In this document: in pieces, positions 9,107-18,838 of the stretch
Numbering within the stretch: position 1 is the stretch's first letter
Layout: each line of letters begins with the position of its first letter
Assembly (NCBI GenBank): GCA_964634945.1
Contig: CAZWMG010000003.1
Coordinates: 37,861-101,860 of the forward strand
DNA length: 64,000 nt
Direction: 5' to 3'
From: an uncultured Planctomycetia bacterium
Lineage (GTDB): Bacteria > Omnitrophota > Gorgyraeia > JABMRG01
Translations under genes and position numbers: made by a program
Notes under the pieces: model-generated
The model's input: the letters and a program-made list of their open reading frames with translations, nothing else
Told to the model about the DNA's origin: nothing
The model's database searches: none

Positions 9107-9364
9107 TTACAGCTGATCTATATCCTTGTGGAGCCAGTCTCTGCCCTTACTATAAATCTTGCCTGCTTTATCCTCCAACTCAGGAGAGAGAAGGCGTAAA
9201 AGCTCTTTTCCTAAGATACGATACTGTTTACCTACCTTTGCGGTACGTATAATACCCTTTTTGATCAGTCGCATAGTTGTAGATGGGCTCACCTTAAGAA
9301 GTTTTTGAGCTTCCTGTGTAGTATAAACCTCATTTGGATTTATCTCCATTGCCATCTTCTCCAT
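9107..9364 (-). CDS. Small Xis/MerR-like (HTH_17, BldC-like) DNA-binding protein
   Basis: VYTTQEAQKLLKVSPSTTMRLIKKGIIRTAKVGKQYRI is an excisionase-type winged HTH. The true start may be one of the in-frame ATGs a few codons downstream, after GGAG. Confidence 0.85.
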   Translation of the reverse strand: MEKMAMEINPNEVYTTQEAQKLLKVSPSTTMRLIKKGIIRTAKVGKQYRILGKELLRLLSPELEDKAGKIYSKGRDWLHKDIDQL

Positions 9365-9376
9365 TTTTTGCTGATA

Positions 9377-9405
9377 ATTATAGCAAAACTAGTAACAAAT
9401 GTCAA
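9377..9405 (-). promoter_or_regulatory. Perfect sigma70 consensus promoter
   Basis: Minus strand TTGACA (9405-9400), 17-bp spacer, TATAAT (9382-9377), just upstream of the HTH gene. Confidence 0.85.
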
Positions 9406-9434
9406 TACTATTCATTAATAGTCATTAGTAGTCA
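9395..9434 (-). promoter_or_regulatory. Four 10-bp-phased degenerate direct repeats overlapping the -35 box (candidate operator)
   Basis: Minus strand TGACTACTAA TGACTATTAA TGAATAGTAT TGACATTTGT. Confidence 0.6.
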
Positions 9435-9437
9435 ACA

Positions 9438-10925
9438 TCAACTATCTAAATATGGTTTCCCATAAGGTGATTTTTTAGTTACCCTTGATAGGGCCTTTCT
9501 CAATACAAGGATAGGCCCCTGGACCTTTATACTGATTATCAGTTTATTAAGAAAATTTAAGCCGCTAACCTTTAAAAAACGCCGTTTAAGGCGTAAAAAC
9601 CTATGCTTTTGGTATAAATCTTCTCTCACCTCTGCATCCAGACTCTTTTTCAGCCCTATCAGCTCATCATTTGAAAATGCTGTAGTGCAATTTCTGACAA
9701 ATTTAAGCGCGTCACCAGCTGTGGAGAGCTCTTCCATATACTTATCCTCATCTCCAATCTTTCCCATTGACTTCATCTCTTCGTACAACTCTGTTCCCGG
9801 ATATGCTGTAGCAAAAAAGAATGGATTGCTATTATCTCTATATCTATTTATATTCTTATAGAGAGCTGCTGTCTCTTTAACAGACTCTCTATCTTCATCA
9901 GGCAGGCCCAATATCCATGTACCTCCGGGCCTGATGCCGGCCTCAACTGTCCATCGCATTGCATCTTCAACCTGTTTTGGTGTAATCTGCTTTTTAATCC
10001 TCTTAAGCATCCTTGGGCTGCCCGATTCTATGCCATAAGCGACCATTGTACAGCCGGATTTTTTAAATAATGTCAATATCTCCTTATCCACAAGATTGAC
10101 TCTGCCCGTAGCTTTCCATTGCAACTTTAACTTGGATTTAATCAATCTGTTACAAAATTCAATTGCTCTCTTACGGCTTACTAAAAATAGGTCATCATTT
10201 ACAATAAAAGATCCTATCTTATACCGGCGCTTAAGCTCCTCTAACTCCTGCATAATATTATCTACGCTACGCAGTCTGACCTTTGTATCGTATGAACAGA
10301 AAGTGCACTGATATGGGCATCCTCTTCCTGTCGTTATATTCATAGTCCTGCTTGCCTTGAATATATTATTAGGAGGAAATGGAACGCGGGAATATATACC
10401 TTTCGCGTAGAAATAGTCCCACGCCGGAAAGGGAAGAGAATCCAAATCACTTATAAATTCGCGGGTATTGGTAGTTACAAGGGTATCTCCGTCTCTGAAT
10501 ATTATCCCATTTATATTATGAAGAGGTTTATCATTTTCCAACGCGTCCAGCAGCTCAACCATTGTAACCTCTCCCTCTCCAATAACCCCGATATCGACTC
10601 CGCTGTTTCTCATTATCAGCTCCGGGGATGGAGTCACCATATTGCCTCCGCTAATAATCTTTACATCAGGCCTTACTCTTTTTATATCATCCGCGGTCAT
10701 CTTGACAAACTTATAGGCAGTAGCAATACCGCCCATAGCCACAACATCGTATTGAAGTTTGCCAAAGATTGAGATAAGTTCATCACGCGTATATTCAAAA
10801 GCATCCGCGTCAACAACCTGTATAGTATGGCCTTTTCGCAGTAGCATGGCCGCTATATAAGCAGGGCCCATTGCCATTAAATTTCTGCCATGCCTAAATG
10901 GCGGTAGAACAAATAATACTCTCAT
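9438..10925 (-). CDS. Cobalamin-binding radical SAM enzyme
   Basis: N-terminal B12-binding domain (YIAAML, ISGG, GEGE), GRGCPYQCTFC, DDLF, GIESGS, YPGTELY. Confidence 0.92.
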   Translation of the reverse strand: MRVLFVLPPFRHGRNLMAMGPAYIAAMLLRKGHTIQVVDADAFEYTRDELISIFGKLQYDVVAMGGIATAYKFVKMTADDIKRVRPDVKIISGGNMVTPSPELIMRNSGVDIGVIGEGEVTMVELLDALENDKPLHNINGIIFRDGDTLVTTNTREFISDLDSLPFPAWDYFYAKGIYSRVPFPPNNIFKASRTMNITTGRGCPYQCTFCSYDTKVRLRSVDNIMQELEELKRRYKIGSFIVNDDLFLVSRKRAIEFCNRLIKSKLKLQWKATGRVNLVDKEILTLFKKSGCTMVAYGIESGSPRMLKRIKKQITPKQVEDAMRWTVEAGIRPGGTWILGLPDEDRESVKETAALYKNINRYRDNSNPFFFATAYPGTELYEEMKSMGKIGDEDKYMEELSTAGDALKFVRNCTTAFSNDELIGLKKSLDAEVREDLYQKHRFLRLKRRFLKVSGLNFLNKLIISIKVQGPILVLRKALSRVTKKSPYGKPYLDS

Positions 10926-10949
10926 AATCTTCCTTCCTTTATATCTTAG

Positions 10950-12761
10950 CTATATTTTATATATACAGTAATTAAGCCTACGGCCTTTGCGATCTATATA
11001 GGTGTGCGCATAGATAGGTTTTTTATTGGGTGGGAGGATTTTGAATAATTTATCTTTTGAATAAAACGCATTATCAAGATATAAGATATAGTCGATATTG
11101 TATTTTTTGAGTCTATTCAAAAACTTGGGGCTATTAAGTTCTGATTCTGATATCCCATCCTCTTCTATAAGATTTTTTAAATGTATATAGGGCCTATTGA
11201 TATAATATGCCCTTATCTCATTAATCATTAATATTTTGGCATCTTTTGGAATATTATTATTTATATATTCCCCAATATCATAGGTCCTTTCCGCCTCTGA
11301 GAGGTAGGCTTGTCTTGATTTAAGCCTAAGTGGCACCATTGCTTTCTCAGCGCAATGATAGAAAAGTAGGGCAAGATTAAATAAGCAGACAGATAGTAAG
11401 AGCAGCTTAACAAAAGCGGAAAACGGGCCTTTTTCTTTCAGGGTAAACATAAGTCCGCAACCTACAAGAATAGCTAATGGCATAAGTATGGGAAATAAAA
11501 ACCTGACAACAACAGGATCCACAAAAAACCATATCACAAGATAGCTAATGGCAAACATAGCCATAGCCTTTATCTGGACTATACGGTTTTTTAGTGTTAT
11601 TGCCAATGGCAAAAATAATAGATAGGCTACTCCAAAACTCTCTCCACCATGATATTGCGGAAACATTGTAAGTGTCCATGGAAGCCTTATCAGATTAAGT
11701 AAGGAAAATTTACTCGCTATATTATTTTCAAGGCCTCTTGACCATCCATGGTAATTAAAAAACTCCGCGAAAAAAGGATAAAGCGGATTTCCCTTTATAA
11801 CAAAGGAACGAAGATACCATACAAAAGAGCATAGGCCCGTGAAAAATATAAATATCCCCAGGGCTTTGAATAATATCAGAATTCTTTGTTTTTTCTGTAT
11901 ATACAAAAGATATATCACTGCAATAATCAACGCTAACAAGGTAATTACGCCTGTATATTTTATACTTAGCACAAAACCGCAGAAAACCCCTGAAAGCGCA
12001 AGCCATCTGCTTTTCCTTCTTTCCATATATTTAAACAGGCTTAATAGAGCTAAAAAACCATAAAACGCCTGAGGTATGTCTACATACGCGTATGTTATCT
12101 GCGTAAAAATAGCAGGCGTTAAAAAGAAAATAGCCGCTGATATAATGCCTGCCTCTTTTGAGAAACGGTTCCTCACATAAAAATATACAGTAAGCAGTGA
12201 TAGGATACCGAATGAATATGCCATAAGTTTTACAAGAATATCCGAGCCTATGAGCATACAAAGCGCGAATAGACTCTCTATTAAATACGGCCATAGAGAT
12301 TCTCTTGTATATGGAAGATAGGAAAATCTTTGATTCTGAAGGAAAGTCTTCACTTGGACTAATCTATACGCGAGACTATCATTGCCTATCAGCGGCGCTA
12401 AAGTAGCTAAAAAGGTAAATAAGAGCCCTAATAACAGGGCAAGAGATAAGGCCTTAATAAAAAAGGGCATCCTTGTAAACCTAAATTCCCGCAAAGAACT
12501 TATCAGCCGCTTTAAGATATAGATTATCTTTTGGATTGAAATAAACGCAAGCAGTGAAAGAAGCGTTATGACTGATATTTTATTTAGACGGCCTGCTATC
12601 CCTAGAAAAAATACCAAGTAACCTAATATGCCCATTCCCAAGGCTGTGGAAAATACTATTCTTTCATTGGCATATGAAAACTTGAATTTAAAACTGTCCA
12701 GGCAAAACATACCAAAGCCGCAGGAAATCAGCAATATTATTAAGATATAAATTAGTTCCAT
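10950..12761 (-). CDS. GT-C-fold multi-TM glycosyltransferase (ArnT/PMT-like)
   Basis: Many TM segments, GNDSLAYR loop, YVDIP, GFVLSIKYTG, WYLRS...GNPLYPFF, RFLFP, and a periplasmic C-terminal domain. Confidence 0.75.
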   Translation of the reverse strand: MELIYILIILLISCGFGMFCLDSFKFKFSYANERIVFSTALGMGILGYLVFFLGIAGRLNKISVITLLSLLAFISIQKIIYILKRLISSLREFRFTRMPFFIKALSLALLLGLLFTFLATLAPLIGNDSLAYRLVQVKTFLQNQRFSYLPYTRESLWPYLIESLFALCMLIGSDILVKLMAYSFGILSLLTVYFYVRNRFSKEAGIISAAIFFLTPAIFTQITYAYVDIPQAFYGFLALLSLFKYMERRKSRWLALSGVFCGFVLSIKYTGVITLLALIIAVIYLLYIQKKQRILILFKALGIFIFFTGLCSFVWYLRSFVIKGNPLYPFFAEFFNYHGWSRGLENNIASKFSLLNLIRLPWTLTMFPQYHGGESFGVAYLLFLPLAITLKNRIVQIKAMAMFAISYLVIWFFVDPVVVRFLFPILMPLAILVGCGLMFTLKEKGPFSAFVKLLLLSVCLFNLALLFYHCAEKAMVPLRLKSRQAYLSEAERTYDIGEYINNNIPKDAKILMINEIRAYYINRPYIHLKNLIEEDGISESELNSPKFLNRLKKYNIDYILYLDNAFYSKDKLFKILPPNKKPIYAHTYIDRKGRRLNYCIYKI

Positions 12762-12771
12762 ATACTCTCTA

Positions 12772-14250
12772 TTATTTTAAAGAAAATATAATATATCTTC
12801 CCTTTTTATGTTCTATGAGACCATAGTTTTCAATCATATATTCCTTAAATTCAGGACTGTTGTTAAATTCATCCATTACAGGGCATAGATAAAAATCCGC
12901 GCCCTCTCCCTTAAGCTTCTCAAGCCTCTTTATAACTTCTTTCGCAGTTGGGCCGCCTCCGCCAGTCAGGTGCAGGCTCCACCCTTTTCTGTCGCAATAA
13001 TAAAGCCCCTGAGGCCCACCCGCTGCGCTTGCTATTATCAGGTCATCTTTATTGGTAATTTCATTTACCCGCTCTCCCGCTTCCTGTAGATATCTATAAC
13101 CTTTAGGAACCACATAAGCATAAGCGGCGTATCTTAACCAAAATGGGAGTATTAAAATAATCAATAACGCCTTTGCCCATCTCTTATTCAAAAGAGTCCT
13201 GGACCAATCAAGTTTTCCCGTAAATACTATTGCCCTTGATATAAATATAGCGAATATAGGAAGCATATTAAGACTATAATATGGGTCTAAGAGATGTGTA
13301 ATAAAACCGATTGAATACACAAGAGCGCCTAAAAGCCATGCCCATATCAGATTTTCTTTGCCCCTTGTCTTAATAAAAAAACCGAAAATCAAAAACGTAA
13401 GCCCTATAGGGGTAAGCAATATGCCGGAGTATATCTCCATAAGCCTTATATAAAAATCTTTACTAAGTAATACAGACAGATCAAACCAGTTGGAGACCTG
13501 AAAATTATACGCCATATTCTGAGTATGCGCTGAATGCACAGACCTTCCGTGTAAAAGCCACAGGATTACGGGAAGAAGCGCTATGGTGAGATAGAGATAG
13601 TTTCTATAATTTAAAAGGAAGCGCCACCTTTCTTTTTTCCATATAAGAAACATAAGGGGTATAAAGATATAAAAAGACTGCGGCTTTACAAGCATTGCTA
13701 TAGAGAGAAAAACCGCGGAGTACAAAAAAAACAGGTTTTTTTTATTATCACAAAAACTAACAAGAAAATATAACGCGCCTAATGAAAAAAAGAGCATCTC
13801 AAAATCAGGCATAAATACCCTGCTAAATATTATAGATAATGGCGATAAGCCAAAAACCAATACCGCCCAGAGAGCATGGGTGCGGTCAAATATCTTTTTA
13901 GTTATAGCGTATAAAAAATACGCTGCCCCAGAAAAAAAGAATATACTAAACAGCCTTCCCACCCACTCATAGACCCCGCCTAAAAGCATATACCCCAATC
14001 CGGCAAGCGCGTTTAAAAATGGAAACTCCAGGACAAGGTATCCTGAAGTAGCCCCAAAATGGTCTACACGCGGATAAAAGATATTTATTCCATACTTAAA
14101 AAAATTACGAGCGATGGAGGCTGTCTGTACCTGGCGCATAGCGGTACCTTCAAGTATAGGCATTGTGATATTAATAAATCTTATACCGATTATCAGCGCG
14201 AAGACTGATAGCAACAGAATTTTTCTCTTATTCCAGATTATATTCATCAT
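12772..14250 (-). CDS. GT-C-fold glycosyltransferase (ArnT/GT39-like)
   Basis: RQVQTASIARNF, LEFP, GRLFS, SRVFMPD, AMLVKP; polytopic. Confidence 0.82.
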   Translation of the reverse strand: MMNIIWNKRKILLLSVFALIIGIRFINITMPILEGTAMRQVQTASIARNFFKYGINIFYPRVDHFGATSGYLVLEFPFLNALAGLGYMLLGGVYEWVGRLFSIFFFSGAAYFLYAITKKIFDRTHALWAVLVFGLSPLSIIFSRVFMPDFEMLFFSLGALYFLVSFCDNKKNLFFLYSAVFLSIAMLVKPQSFYIFIPLMFLIWKKERWRFLLNYRNYLYLTIALLPVILWLLHGRSVHSAHTQNMAYNFQVSNWFDLSVLLSKDFYIRLMEIYSGILLTPIGLTFLIFGFFIKTRGKENLIWAWLLGALVYSIGFITHLLDPYYSLNMLPIFAIFISRAIVFTGKLDWSRTLLNKRWAKALLIILILPFWLRYAAYAYVVPKGYRYLQEAGERVNEITNKDDLIIASAAGGPQGLYYCDRKGWSLHLTGGGGPTAKEVIKRLEKLKGEGADFYLCPVMDEFNNSPEFKEYMIENYGLIEHKKGRYIIFSLK

Positions 14251-15656
14251 AGCCCCTTATTATTTAATATCATCTTGCATAAACTCATGGCTGTTGAAAC
14301 ATTCAGCTTCAAGCGGTTATAACTTCTTATGCGCAGCAGCTGCTTTAATATCTTGGTTGGCCTAAAATAAAATTCTCTATAGGCACGTTTCTGTATATGG
14401 AACAGGTCCTCCTGGCTTAAACCGTCAAGGTAATGAATGGGTGGAGTGTGTATCCCATAATTATCATAGTCATGACTCAATAGAAAATCATTATCAAGCA
14501 AATATTGATAAGCCTCTGTGCCTGGGTACGGTTTTAAGATATGAAATTTGGCTATATCAGGATCAAGTCTTTTGGCAAATTCTATGGTCTGCTCCGCTGT
14601 CTCACTATCTTCGCCAGGCAGGCCGAACATAAAGAATGCCCATGTCTCAAGCCCTGCCTGTTTTGCCATATTAAAGGCATCCTCTATCCTGCTTAATGCT
14701 ATTCCTTTTCTGGCCATGTCAAGAACCTTTTGACTTCCTGACTCGACACCTATAGCAATGCTATAAGTGCCCATATCCTTAAGCGATTTCAAAATTTCCT
14801 TGTTTAAAAAATCCGCTCTTAAACCATTCGGGAAAGCGAATTTAACCTTTACACCGCGCTTTCTTATCTCGTCTCTTATGCTAAATACTCTTTCTTTCTT
14901 TGTAACAAAATTGTCATCCCATATATGTATCTCTTTAATTCCGAATTCCTTTTGCAAATATTCTATCTCATCTACAACATTTTCTGCGCTACGGGCCCTA
15001 AAGGCTTTTCCAAATATTGACTGGGCGTTACAATAAGTGCACCTTCCGGGACACCCCCTACTCGTTATTATGGGGGCGGTTTTCGCGTATAAAGAATCGG
15101 GATATGTATAGGATCTGTTTTTGAATAATTTTCTCGCTGGAAGCGGAAGAGCATCTAAATCTTTTATAAGCTCCCTATCGGGATTGGTTATAATCTCATC
15201 ACCTCTTTTAAAAAGTATACCATCCACATGCTCAAGACTTTTATTGCCACTAATGGCGTTTAATAACTCTATAAACGTCTTTTCGCCTTCACCTTTTATC
15301 ACAAAATCTACATCGCGGTGCTTAAGACTCGTTTTCGGCATTACAGAAGGATACATCCCGCCGAAGATAACTTGCACATTAGGCGCTGATCTTTTAGCCG
15401 TATTCGCGGCTTCTAATGAAGAGCTTAACGTAGGCACAGTAACCGTAATGCCAACAACATCAGGGTTTTCATATTTTAACCTATCATAAAGCGTATTTTT
15501 TAAAAGATCCTCCGCATCCACATCTATAATAGAAGCATCATAGCCATTATTTTGCAATACAGCCGCTATATAAGCTAAGCCCATATGCATCTGTACCGGC
15601 GGCTTTAGTTTGCCGTATATATGCTGCTGCGAGGGGTTAATCAATATAACTTTCAT
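14247..15656 (-). CDS. Cobalamin-binding radical SAM enzyme
   Basis: GLAYIAA, FGG, GEGE, TSRGCPGRCTYC, WDDNF, GVESGS, PYPGTE. Confidence 0.93.
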   Translation of the reverse strand: MKVILINPSQQHIYGKLKPPVQMHMGLAYIAAVLQNNGYDASIIDVDAEDLLKNTLYDRLKYENPDVVGITVTVPTLSSSLEAANTAKRSAPNVQVIFGGMYPSVMPKTSLKHRDVDFVIKGEGEKTFIELLNAISGNKSLEHVDGILFKRGDEIITNPDRELIKDLDALPLPARKLFKNRSYTYPDSLYAKTAPIITSRGCPGRCTYCNAQSIFGKAFRARSAENVVDEIEYLQKEFGIKEIHIWDDNFVTKKERVFSIRDEIRKRGVKVKFAFPNGLRADFLNKEILKSLKDMGTYSIAIGVESGSQKVLDMARKGIALSRIEDAFNMAKQAGLETWAFFMFGLPGEDSETAEQTIEFAKRLDPDIAKFHILKPYPGTEAYQYLLDNDFLLSHDYDNYGIHTPPIHYLDGLSQEDLFHIQKRAYREFYFRPTKILKQLLRIRSYNRLKLNVSTAMSLCKMILNNKGL

Positions 15657-16366
15657 CTCGTCCTATTTCTTTTGGCAAACAACGCCCAGAAATACCAATG
15701 TAAATAACTTCTAAAAACCTTGCCTAAATTAAAACTCGATACCCCGGCGACCCTATCTTTCCATACAGTCGGTATCTCTGTTATTTTAAAACCTTTCAAG
15801 AAAAGCTTTACCACTATCTCCAAAGAACAGGCAAAACCCGCTTCCTGTATCTCTATGGAATCAAGGGCTTCTTTTCTATACATCTTAAAGGCATTACTTG
15901 TATCATGGGTAGGTATACCTGTTAAAAAACAAAGGCTCAAGCCTGACCATCGCGAAAGCAGGCTCTGCAGGAATCTTCCACCAAGTTTTTTACCGTTTTT
16001 CATATATCGCGAAGCACAGACAACATCATAACCTTCTAATATCTTTTCATACATCTCATTGATGCTATGCGGGTCATCGCATGAATCCGCCATAACCGGC
16101 ACGACAATGTCCCCTTTTGCTTCTGAAAAACCTTTTTTAATAGCATTTGTAAAACCCGGTTCTGTATCATTGTCCACCAAGCGTACATTATTGAATTTTT
16201 GGAAAAGCTTCTTTGCGGCTATAGTAGTATTATCGCTGGAATGGTCATTAACAATAACAACCTCATGCACAACTGTGACAATAGACTCGATGTTAGATAT
16301 TGTTGCAGGAAGCGAAGCCTCTTCATTGTGTGCCGGTATAACTATCGTCAGTTTCATCTGTTTCAT
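15653..16366 (-). CDS. GT2, DPM1-like polyprenyl-phosphate glycosyltransferase
   Basis: VIPAHNE, VNDHSSD, MADSCD, ASRY, DTSNAFKMY, EIPTVWKDR; no C-terminal TM. Confidence 0.88.
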   Translation of the reverse strand: MKQMKLTIVIPAHNEEASLPATISNIESIVTVVHEVVIVNDHSSDNTTIAAKKLFQKFNNVRLVDNDTEPGFTNAIKKGFSEAKGDIVVPVMADSCDDPHSINEMYEKILEGYDVVCASRYMKNGKKLGGRFLQSLLSRWSGLSLCFLTGIPTHDTSNAFKMYRKEALDSIEIQEAGFACSLEIVVKLFLKGFKITEIPTVWKDRVAGVSSFNLGKVFRSYLHWYFWALFAKRNRTR

Positions 16367-16485
16367 CGATTTAAGGCCTCCGCCACTTTCACAGCTAAGT
16401 AGAGCTTACCGTAGAAAAATATAATTAAAGCTACCCAGATAAGATATAAAAATTTTAAGATAAGTTTTTTTTTCTCTATTAGCAT
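16363..16485 (-). CDS. Unannotated 40-aa single-TM peptide
   Basis: Manual translation MLIEKKKLILKFLYLIWVALIIFFYGKLYLAVKVAEALNR*. The ATG overlaps the upstream GT2 end (GCATGCTAA) and the TGA overlaps the downstream GT2 start (ATGA), so it fills the gap exactly. Confidence 0.65.
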   Translation of the reverse strand: MLIEKKKLILKFLYLIWVALIIFFYGKLYLAVKVAEALNR

Positions 16486-17192
16486 GCTAACCCTCTTTGC
16501 TTAAACAGAAGCAGGCGAAACAGATGCTGCAAATACTTAAACTGTTGGCTTATACTAAGCTTGCCCTTGCCCGCATATCTCTTGCCGAATATTATAGGTA
16601 TCTCAACTATACTTTCAGTGCCTGACTTAACAAGTAACTCAAGTCCTATCTTAAAACCTATCGGGTTTAATATGCCATAATCAGTTATCAGATCTTTACG
16701 AAACGCGAAAAAGCCGGACATCGGATCGCTTACCGTAACAAGCGGGCACGCCAAGGCCCTTGAGACAATAGCATTAATCTTTCTAAAAATTCCGAACCCT
16801 TCTATACTAGCGCCCTTAACAAATCTACTACCTATGCTAATATCGCACTCTTTATCTATTATAGGCTTTATTAATTCCGGTATCTTATCCGGAGGGTGGC
16901 TTAGATCAGCATCCATGACCACCAGCATATCTCCTGTTGACATTCTAAGTCCGTCTATTGCCGAGGCAGATAGGTCTCTCTCGGCTCTTCTTACCTTAAT
17001 ACGCACTGGAAACTTACAGGCCAATGCCGATACCGCGTCACAGATTCCGTCCTTAGAATTATCATCTACTATTACAACCTCGTATTTATAATCAGATATT
17101 AGCATCACGCGATCAATACTTTTTACGAGCAGCTCTACATTACCCGCTTCCTTGTATGTTGGTATTACTATGGATATAAACGGATTTTTCAT
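16479..17192 (-). CDS. GT2, polyprenol monophosphomannose synthase-like (DPM1/Ppm1)
   Basis: IPTYKE, VDDNSKDG, VMDADLSHPP, GSRF, SDPMSGFF, GFKIGLE. Confidence 0.9.
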   Translation of the reverse strand: MKNPFISIVIPTYKEAGNVELLVKSIDRVMLISDYKYEVVIVDDNSKDGICDAVSALACKFPVRIKVRRAERDLSASAIDGLRMSTGDMLVVMDADLSHPPDKIPELIKPIIDKECDISIGSRFVKGASIEGFGIFRKINAIVSRALACPLVTVSDPMSGFFAFRKDLITDYGILNPIGFKIGLELLVKSGTESIVEIPIIFGKRYAGKGKLSISQQFKYLQHLFRLLLFKQRGLAC

Positions 17193-18838
17193 AGTTCTTT
17201 TTCTCTTAGGTCATAAACGAATATAGAATAACCCATTTTCGCCTCCGGAGTATAATCCTTGGCCCACTTCACATGATCCAAAAGCTGTACACTTACAGCA
17301 TAGACCTTGCCTTCAGGCTCCGAGTATTCGCTTATTTTTAAAGGGGTCGCATTGATGCCATATGCCGCTGGTGAATCTTCCCCAAAATATTCAAGCGTAA
17401 TCTCTTCTATGCCGTTACCCTTGAGATAGCTTGAAAGATCGGGCAGGTCCTGCCCCCAATCTATGTTAGAATCACGCAGATATCGCCAGCCATTATCAGG
17501 GCCTCCTGCTATTTCATTAAAATAACTTAAAAAATGCGGCCTAATCGCAAGCGCGGAGAAAACAATCCATATACATAGAACCGATATAATAATTTTTGAT
17601 AATCGATATTTAAATAGATCAATGCTTCTTGCCGATATCATAAAACATAAGGGGTATATAGGTAATAGATGCCTGATACCAACCTGGAGGTTGCTGCCTA
17701 AGGCGATAATAAAATATACAAAAAAAGGCACTATTAAAAATAAATCATTCATAGACAATCTTTTCCTGATAGAGACGATCAGGCCCGTTACAAATAATAT
17801 AAGAAAAGGGATAGGCGTTTTAATCAAGAAAGCGACTAAAAAATATAACGGGCTCCCTTTCTGCGACCATTGGCCGCAAAAATATGTCAGGTGCCCTTGA
17901 TGACTGTGCCTTAATACGCCAAAAAACCCGAGTATATGTTCCCCTAAAGGCGTGGGAACTCTCATTAAAAAATATTCCAACGCAGTGTTAGCTGCAGCCT
18001 GATTCAAATGGAACATCTTTCCAATTAGCATTGACGCAAACTTCAGCTTCTCTCCTGCCCTCATAGCGTTTACTAATATAGGCTCTACCCTAAAACCATA
18101 TCCTGCCCAGATAGTAAGGACTGAGATTAAAAAAATAAACCACACCCCTGAAAAACTCGCCCTTTTAAGCATATCCTTGTTTTTGTTTAGAGCTATTATA
18201 TAAAGCATTATAAAAATTGGGTATAAGATAAGCATGGAGTACTTTGACAACTGCGCAAAACCTAAACATAGGCCCGCTAATGCAACGCTCATCTTTTTGG
18301 GATTTTTTAAAAATAACCAAAACGTAAAAAGGCTTAAGGTCATAAAAAACGTTGTTACAATATCAGTTGTCGCCAATCTTGTGTGCGCTAATATGGTAGG
18401 GGAAAAACAGTATATAAAAAGAGCGAAGAATGCCACTTTTTCTCCATACATCCTACGAGACCATATAAATAATAAGAGTCCGAGCATCGTACCAAGCGCG
18501 ATAACAACGAGCCTTGAGGCAAAAAGCATCTGCTTAGAGTTGTTGTTATACTTAAAAAAGAAATCCCTGCTAAATGCCGCCCTGTCCTGATTTCTCCATA
18601 CATTTTTATCCGCGGGCAATACGGGATCTAAAAAAGCTGCTACCGGAGCGGCAACAATATATTTTGGCAAAGGCGGCGAATCGGTCGCCATCTTCAAATC
18701 ACCTTTTTCTATAAATACTACTCCCGGTGGGATATGATGTGCCATCTCATCACAAGTGCCTGACTTCCTTACAATGCTTGAAATTGCTAAGAAAGCAAAA
18801 ATACCCAGCAGTAATACAACTAGCGCTATTCTTTTCAT
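17189..18838 (-). CDS. GT-C-fold lipid-carrier-dependent glycosyltransferase (ArnT-like)
   Basis: TCDEMAH loop, PPLPK, LATTD, AQLSKYS, GIRHLLP, YFNE..GG, DSNIDWGQDL. Confidence 0.85.
   Translation of the reverse strand: MKRIALVVLLLGIFAFLAISSIVRKSGTCDEMAHHIPPGVVFIEKGDLKMATDSPPLPKYIVAAPVAAFLDPVLPADKNVWRNQDRAAFSRDFFFKYNNNSKQMLFASRLVVIALGTMLGLLLFIWSRRMYGEKVAFFALFIYCFSPTILAHTRLATTDIVTTFFMTLSLFTFWLFLKNPKKMSVALAGLCLGFAQLSKYSMLILYPIFIMLYIIALNKNKDMLKRASFSGVWFIFLISVLTIWAGYGFRVEPILVNAMRAGEKLKFASMLIGKMFHLNQAAANTALEYFLMRVPTPLGEHILGFFGVLRHSHQGHLTYFCGQWSQKGSPLYFLVAFLIKTPIPFLILFVTGLIVSIRKRLSMNDLFLIVPFFVYFIIALGSNLQVGIRHLLPIYPLCFMISARSIDLFKYRLSKIIISVLCIWIVFSALAIRPHFLSYFNEIAGGPDNGWRYLRDSNIDWGQDLPDLSSYLKGNGIEEITLEYFGEDSPAAYGINATPLKISEYSEPEGKVYAVSVQLLDHVKWAKDYTPEAKMGYSIFVYDLREKEL

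Noticed and set aside
9107-9364. Prophage or ICE excisionase marking a mobile element
   Set aside because: No integrase, att-like repeats, tRNA or phage genes nearby; the gene is embedded among glycan genes.
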